Positions 58,857 to 64,000 of a DNA stretch of 64,000 nt are shown here, in pieces; the first letter of the stretch is position 1; each line of letters begins with the position of its first letter. Source of the DNA: Nitrospirota bacterium (GTDB taxonomy: Bacteria > Nitrospirota > UBA9217); NCBI GenBank assembly GCA_963740085.1, contig CAVUCU010000004.1, positions 224,001 to 288,000 of the forward strand, in the 5' to 3' direction. Below the pieces are notes generated by a model. That model did no database searches, was not told where the DNA came from, and worked only from the letters and a program-made list of their open reading frames with translations. The position numbers and the translations under genes are program-made.

Positions 58857-61762
58857 ATGACGATGGACAAAGACATCGATATCGAGGTGATGATACGCAG
58901 AATAGGCCAAGAGCTTTTTTCTGCGATAAGGGAAACACCTCCGGCATTCGATAGGAAGACATGGACCGGCAGGATCATGAATTGGTCCATGAAGCAGGAA
59001 GATCTCAAGATCAGGCTCTTCAGGTTCATCGATGTGCTGCCATCGCTTCGGTCCGACGAGCAGGTGACCCGGCTGTTGCAGGAGTATTTCTCCGGTGATG
59101 CCGATCTGCCCAAGCTCATCAGCGGAGGCATCGGATTGCTCTCAGGGACGGGGTTCGTTGCGGGGCCGGTGATCAGAAAAAGCGTCGAGTCCATGGCCCG
59201 GCAGTTCATAGCGGGAAAAGACGCCAATGATGCCAAGAACACCCTCAATGAACTGCGAAAAGACGGCAGTGGGTTCAGCATCGACCTGTTAGGCGAGGCT
59301 GTTGTGAGCGACAAGGAGGCTTTGGAGTATGCCGGGCGCTATCTGGCGCTTCTCGATTTCATCCATGAGAGCCTTCCTGACGAGGCAGGAACTGATGTGT
59401 CGTTCAAGGTTTCTTCTCTGTATTCACAACTTGACCCCCGTGATTGGGATGGCTCCATCGCCAGGACCAAGGAGAATTTGCGCCCGATCCTCCGGCAAGC
59501 AAAAGCGCTTAGAATATAGTTACCTTTGACATGGAACAGTATTATTATAAGGACCTCACCATTGCAATTTTCAAAAGCATTCTCGAGGAAGAGGAGTTCA
59601 GAGAGCTTCCGACTGCATGTATAGCACTTCAAGCATATCTGAAGGATACGGAACAGGATATCTCAGCCCTGACAGCGTGGGCCAGGGAACAATCGAGAAA
59701 GTTCACTATCCGTCTCGTGAAAGGCGCCTACTGGGACTATGAGATCGTGATGAACCGTCAGAAGGGGTGGCCCGTGCCTGTCTTTTTGAGCAAGGAGGAA
59801 ACGGACCTTAACTTCGAGCGGCTCACCCTGCTCCTCTTCAAACACCATGACGCAGTTCGCCCCGCGATCGCCACGCACAATCTGAGGAGCATCAGCCATG
59901 CAATTGCCGCAGCAGATGCATTGAATATCCCGAAACAGGACTACGAATTTCAGATGCTCTACGGCATGGCTGATCCTATCCGGAAAGCGCTTCGCGAGCG
60001 CGGGCTCAACGTACGGACGTATACTCCGGTTGGAGAGTTGATTCCGGGCATGGCCTACCTGGTCAGGAGGCTTCTCGAAAATACATCCAATGAGTCTTTC
60101 CTCAGAAAATCCTTCAACAAGGAGACCTCTTTTGATGAACTGATACGGCCTCCCCAATCGCAGGAGACCTCTGAAGAGGAGATGCCGGATGATGCCTTTC
60201 GGAACGAAGCTCCCTGTGATTTTTCCATCAGCCTGAACAGAACGATGATGGCCGATGCGCTCCGGAGTATCAAAAAGCACGGAGACAGGGAGTATCCGCT
60301 CCTCATCGGCAAACACGAGGTCAGAACGGATCGGAAAATTCCATCATACAATCCGGCAAGCCCCCACGAGGTCGTCGGAACGGTATCATTCGCAGGCATC
60401 CCGGAAGCCGATGCGGCGATCGATGAAGCCCGCAAGGAAGCCGCATCATGGCGAATGATTGCTCCTGAAATGAGAGCGGGATATCTTTTTCAGGCAGCCG
60501 AGATTATGCGAAAGCAGCGTTTTGAGCTTGCGGCACTGGAGGTCGTAGAGGTCGGGAAAACATGGGCGGATGCGGACGGCGACGTGTGTGAAGCGATCGA
60601 TTATCTCGAATATTACGGCAGGGAGATGAAGCGGCTCGCCAGGCCGAGGGTCCTCCTGCAGTATCAGGGCGAGGACAATGAATATCGATATCAACCAAAA
60701 GGGATCGGCGTCGTGATAGCTCCCTGGAATTTCCCCCTGGCAATTGCGACGGGAATGGCCTCTGCGGCCATTGTGGCCGGGAACTGCGTACTGTTCAAAC
60801 CTTCAGGCCTGTCGCCGGTACTAGGGTACCGGCTGGTTGATACGTTCAGGTCCGTGGGCCTCCCGGCGGGCGTGCTTCAGTTCCTTCCCGGGCCGGGGAG
60901 CGAAGTTGGAGAATATCTCGTTTCTCATCCTGCTGTTGATTTCATCGCGTTTACCGGGTCAATGGACGTTGGCCTCAGGATCGTACAACGAGCGGGGGAG
61001 ACGAAGCCCGGCCAGCGGAACGTCAAGAAGGTTGTAGCTGAAATGGGAGGGAAAAATGCGGTCATCGTGGACGAAACCGCCGATCTTGACGAGGCGGTGA
61101 AAGGCATCGTTGAATCGGCCTTCGGGTATCAGGGGCAAAAGTGTTCCGCCTGTTCGCGGGTGATCGTCATCGGCGGAATATTCGATGAGCTCTGCGGTCG
61201 CCTCGTGGATGCAGCCGATAGCCTGCGGATCGGCCCGCCTGAAGACCCGGCCAATCTTCTCGGCCCCGTTATTGATGAAGCGGCGCTGAAAAAAATAAAG
61301 GCATACATAGAGACCGGAAAGACGGAGGGAAGGGTCGTTCTCGAAAAAAAAGTTTCCCCAACCGGTCATTTTGTCGGCCCCGTTATATTCACTGACGCGC
61401 CTCCTTTGTCCCGCATTGCGACAGAGGAGATTTTCGGGCCCGTGCTTACGATTCTGAGGGCAAAGAACCTGGATGAGGCTATCGGAATGGCAAATGAAAG
61501 CTTCTATGCGCTCACGGGCGGTCTCTATTCCCGCAGTCCCGCAGCAGTACAAAAAGTGAAAGAGGAATTCCGCGTCGGGAATCTTTATATCAACAGGAAA
61601 ATTACCGGCGCTCTCGTGGGCAGACAGCCGTTCGGTGGATTCGGCATGTCCGGGGTCGGTTCAAAATCCGGTGGGCCGGACTATCTTCTTCAGTTCATGA
61701 ATCCAGTCAGCATAAGTGAAAATACTCTCAGAAGGGGGTTTGCGCCGTTTCAAAAAGAGTGA
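58857..61762 (+). CDS. putA: Bifunctional proline dehydrogenase/P5C dehydrogenase; -1 indel near 59517
   Basis: LFRFIDVLP, DLLGEAV, DME, RLVKGAYWD, YLVRRLLEN, PWNFP, EMGGKN, GQKCSACSR. Confidence 0.92.
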
Positions 61763-61867
61763 TCAGATTTGCGTATTTCTTTGCAACACATGAAATGACA
61801 ACCCGCATTTGCTGAAAATTTTGCAACGCTCTCTCTTGGGATGATCTTCTAACGGAAGCGAAAAACA

Positions 61868-61922
61868 GGTTGACCTTTCGGTCAACCCATTTCTTTTTTT
61901 TGTGGAGCTGAGGGGGAATCTC
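61868..61922 (-). other. tRNA-Ala-like 3'-end fragment plus terminator-like hairpin
   Basis: Minus strand gagattccccctcagctccaca; hairpin ggttgacc-tttc-ggtcaacc at 61868-61887. Confidence 0.5.
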
Positions 61923-62075
61923 TAGCGCTTCGCTTCCACAGGGGCCTGCCCCCTATGGCGGCCGATTATTCTGTCCTGTGACCCCCGAGGAATGAGGGAA
62001 TTCTTCCCTCATACTATCCTGGTTGGATCCCCCACATCAAAGGGCCGACCTTTCGGTCAATCCTTTGTCTTTTCC

Positions 62076-62109
62076 TGGTGGAGCGAACCCCTGACCCCAA
62101 GACTGCCAG
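62076..62109 (-). pseudogene. 3' half of tRNA-Ala(GGC) with T-arm deletion (att-site-like remnant)
   Basis: Minus strand ctGGCagtcttggggtcaggggttcg-ctccacca: anticodon loop, variable loop, GGTTCG, acceptor end with CCA; followed by a gaccgaaaggtc hairpin. Confidence 0.65.
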
Positions 62110-62306
62110 GGTCGTTTTTGAAGCCTCAACCATCCCCCTCCGTTGTCTTTTTGTGCTTTTTCTTACCCTTCTCTACTCTTAAAATGAAAGTTATAGAGCA
62201 CTAAAGGTGATCTTAATCACGGATTTGTCTATTGACTCGTGCTGTAATAAAGAATAATTGTCTTCATGATTGAAATAAATACAGATGATGTCGTCATTCA
62301 ATAGCC

Positions 62307-62365
62307 ATGAGAAAAAAACGTCACAACTATACACCTGAGGGAAAAGTTGCTATCCTCAAGCGTAA
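62307..62365 (+). mobile_element. Remnant of IS3-family transposase OrfA N-terminus
   Basis: MRKKRHNYTPEGKVAILKR resembles the start of the IS3 OrfA HTH; no further transposase. Confidence 0.45.
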
Positions 62366-62436
62366 CCTGCGAAGGGGTTCCACCGAACATCTCCGAGGCC
62401 ATTCGGGACTAGAGTCTGGACAGACGGGTGAACTGA

Positions 62437-63309
62437 ATGATCACAATGATCGACAAGCCATCGGGAAACCGTGGCACGAAGCATCGTCGGAAGGGTGGAA
62501 GCAACGCCTATCCGTCCGCCGCGGGAAACGCCGTACCTTCTCAGATATTGATCGTTGACGACGATACCGCTCTCCTCGAGAGATATATTGAGAGTCTTTC
62601 CGACGCCTATCGAGTCGTCACGGTCCAGACCGGCCGGGTTGCGATCGAGCGGGTGAAACGACGCAGCGACATCGATCTCGCAGTCATTGAATACCGGTTG
62701 TCCGACATGTCCGGCATCGATGTCATGAAAGAGATCAAGGACGTTGAGCCCTCCATTCTCGTTCTCATCGCCACGGCATACGGCGACGAGGAGGTTGCGG
62801 TCGAGGCATTCAGAGGCGGCGCCCGCGATTACCTCAAGAAGCCGTTCAGCATATCCGAGCTTTCCACGAAGATCGACTTTTATCTCGCCCTCAAGCATGC
62901 GGATAAACAGCGCAGAAAGAACGTCCTTCACGGGTCCGAGACTCCTGCCCAGCCGGGAATGCCGCATTCCGCCGTCACACTCAGCCAGTATCATAAGATC
63001 CAGCAGGCCGTTCGTTTTATCAACGATAACTACCGAACCGATATTTGCCTCGATGCCGTTGCCTGGGAGGCCAGAATGTCCCCCGCCCACTTTTCCAGGA
63101 TATTCAAGAAGGTGATGGGTTTGTCCTATCAGGATTATCTCAACAAGCGAAGAATCACGAAGGCCAAGAACCTTCTCCGCACCAGCGCAAAGAACGTAAC
63201 CGAAATCGCCGTCTCACTCGGTTTTGCCGACCCAACCGGCTTCGGCAGAATTTTCAAGAAGCTCACCAGCCAAACGCCTTCCGCTTTCAGAAGCCTGCCT
63301 CCAGAGTGA
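62437..63309 (+). CDS. REC-AraC response regulator (Glu at the phosphoacceptor position)
   Basis: ILIVDDD, DLAVIEYRLSDMSG, TAYGD, DYLKKPF; AraC HTH MSPAHFSRIFK..AKNLL..VTEIA..LGF. Confidence 0.88.
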   Translation: MITMIDKPSGNRGTKHRRKGGSNAYPSAAGNAVPSQILIVDDDTALLERYIESLSDAYRVVTVQTGRVAIERVKRRSDIDLAVIEYRLSDMSGIDVMKEIKDVEPSILVLIATAYGDEEVAVEAFRGGARDYLKKPFSISELSTKIDFYLALKHADKQRRKNVLHGSETPAQPGMPHSAVTLSQYHKIQQAVRFINDNYRTDICLDAVAWEARMSPAHFSRIFKKVMGLSYQDYLNKRRITKAKNLLRTSAKNVTEIAVSLGFADPTGFGRIFKKLTSQTPSAFRSLPPE

Positions 63310-63439
63310 TTTTCTCAGAAAAAAGCATAAAAAGCTGAGTGCATGTCATAAAACGCCGAGACAGGAGCGATTGGTATCTGCTAAGGTTATCCCGTCGCTG
63401 AGTTCTGCCTGCGGATCAAAGTCCATGAGAAGGGAGGAA

Positions 63440-64000
63440 ATGCTCCGGATGTGTTCGAACCGGAAGACCCGGTTGTCCGACCTGTCCGGCATCGATGTCA
63501 TGAAAGAGATCAAAGACATTGAGCCCTCCATTCTCGTTCTCATCGCCGCGGCATACGGCGACGAGGAGGTTGCGGTCGAGGCATTCAGAGGCGGCGCCCG
63601 CGATTACCTCAAGAAGCCGTTCAGCATATCCGAGCTTTCCACGAAGATCGACTTTTATCTCGCCCTCAAGCATGCGGATAAACAGCGCAGAAAGAACATC
63701 CTGCCCGGGTCCGAGACTCCTGTCCAGCCGGGAATGCCGCATTCCACCGTCACACTCAGCCAGTATCATAAGATCCAGCAGGCTGTTCGTTTTATCAACG
63801 AAAACTACCGGACCGACATCTGCCTCGCCGCCGCCGCCCGGGAGGCTGGAATGTCCTCTGCCCACTTTTCCAGAATATTCAAGAAGGCGATGGGCTTGTC
63901 CTATCAGAATTATCTCAACAAGCAAAGAATCACGAAGGCCAAGAACCTTCTCCGCACCAGCGCCCAGAGCGTAACCGAAATCGCCGTCTCACTCGGTTTT
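63440..64000 (+). CDS. Second, N-terminally truncated copy of the REC-AraC regulator (runs off window)
   Basis: 63469-64000 nearly identical to 62694-63225; GGAGG then ATG 63440 in frame; lacks the first half of REC. Confidence 0.7.
   Translation, partial: MLRMCSNRKTRLSDLSGIDVMKEIKDIEPSILVLIAAAYGDEEVAVEAFRGGARDYLKKPFSISELSTKIDFYLALKHADKQRRKNILPGSETPVQPGMPHSTVTLSQYHKIQQAVRFINENYRTDICLAAAAREAGMSSAHFSRIFKKAMGLSYQNYLNKQRITKAKNLLRTSAQSVTEIAVSLGF

Noticed and set aside
2117-59520. Numerous frameshifts (about 2147, 15035, 18475, 28069, 36087, 41690, 56264, 59517) read as pseudogenes or programmed frameshifting
   Set aside because: Single-base indels scattered over unrelated genes, including pdhB and putA, with otherwise intact motifs and no obvious slippery-site signals; best explained by long-read consensus error, although this cannot be proven without reads.
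62076-62109. Functional tRNA-Ala gene
   Set aside because: The 5' half is missing and the 3' strand of the T-stem is deleted.

Overview
Bacterial genomic window, GC-rich in coding regions. Gene content resembles an anaerobic or microaerophilic Nitrospirota/Desulfobacterota-type organism (inference, not tested). Many single-base indels, also in pdhB and putA, suggest an unpolished long-read assembly. 0-20 kb: diguanylate cyclase, tungsten-type aldehyde:ferredoxin oxidoreductase, SorAB-like sulfite dehydrogenase, IorAB-like xanthine-oxidase-family enzyme with XdhC/MocA/MoeA-like maturases, and a diheme cytochrome c peroxidase. 20.3-50.2 kb is the highlight: two sigma-54-type promoters precede a set of secreted proteins. 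These are a 1712-aa beta-helix/SdrD-B protein, three two-domain cupredoxin paralogues that appear to divide the multicopper-oxidase ligands among themselves, an S8 protease and a large OmpB/MofA-like multicopper oxidase. Four of them end in dockerin modules. They are encoded with a cohesin protein, two Ig+cohesin-like lipoproteins and three SCO + (cytochrome c/periplasmic-binding-protein) gene pairs. I interpret this as a candidate cellulosome-like, envelope-anchored copper-oxidase complex. 50-64 kb: PAP2 protein, an un-called probable selenoprotein (in-frame TGA plus SECIS-like hairpin), a second sulfite-oxidase-family enzyme, HAD, HIT, PfpI, pdhABC, putA, tRNA-Ala 3'-end fragments, an IS3-like remnant and a duplicated REC-AraC regulator. 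Several nested palindromic MITE/REP-like elements lie in intergenic regions.
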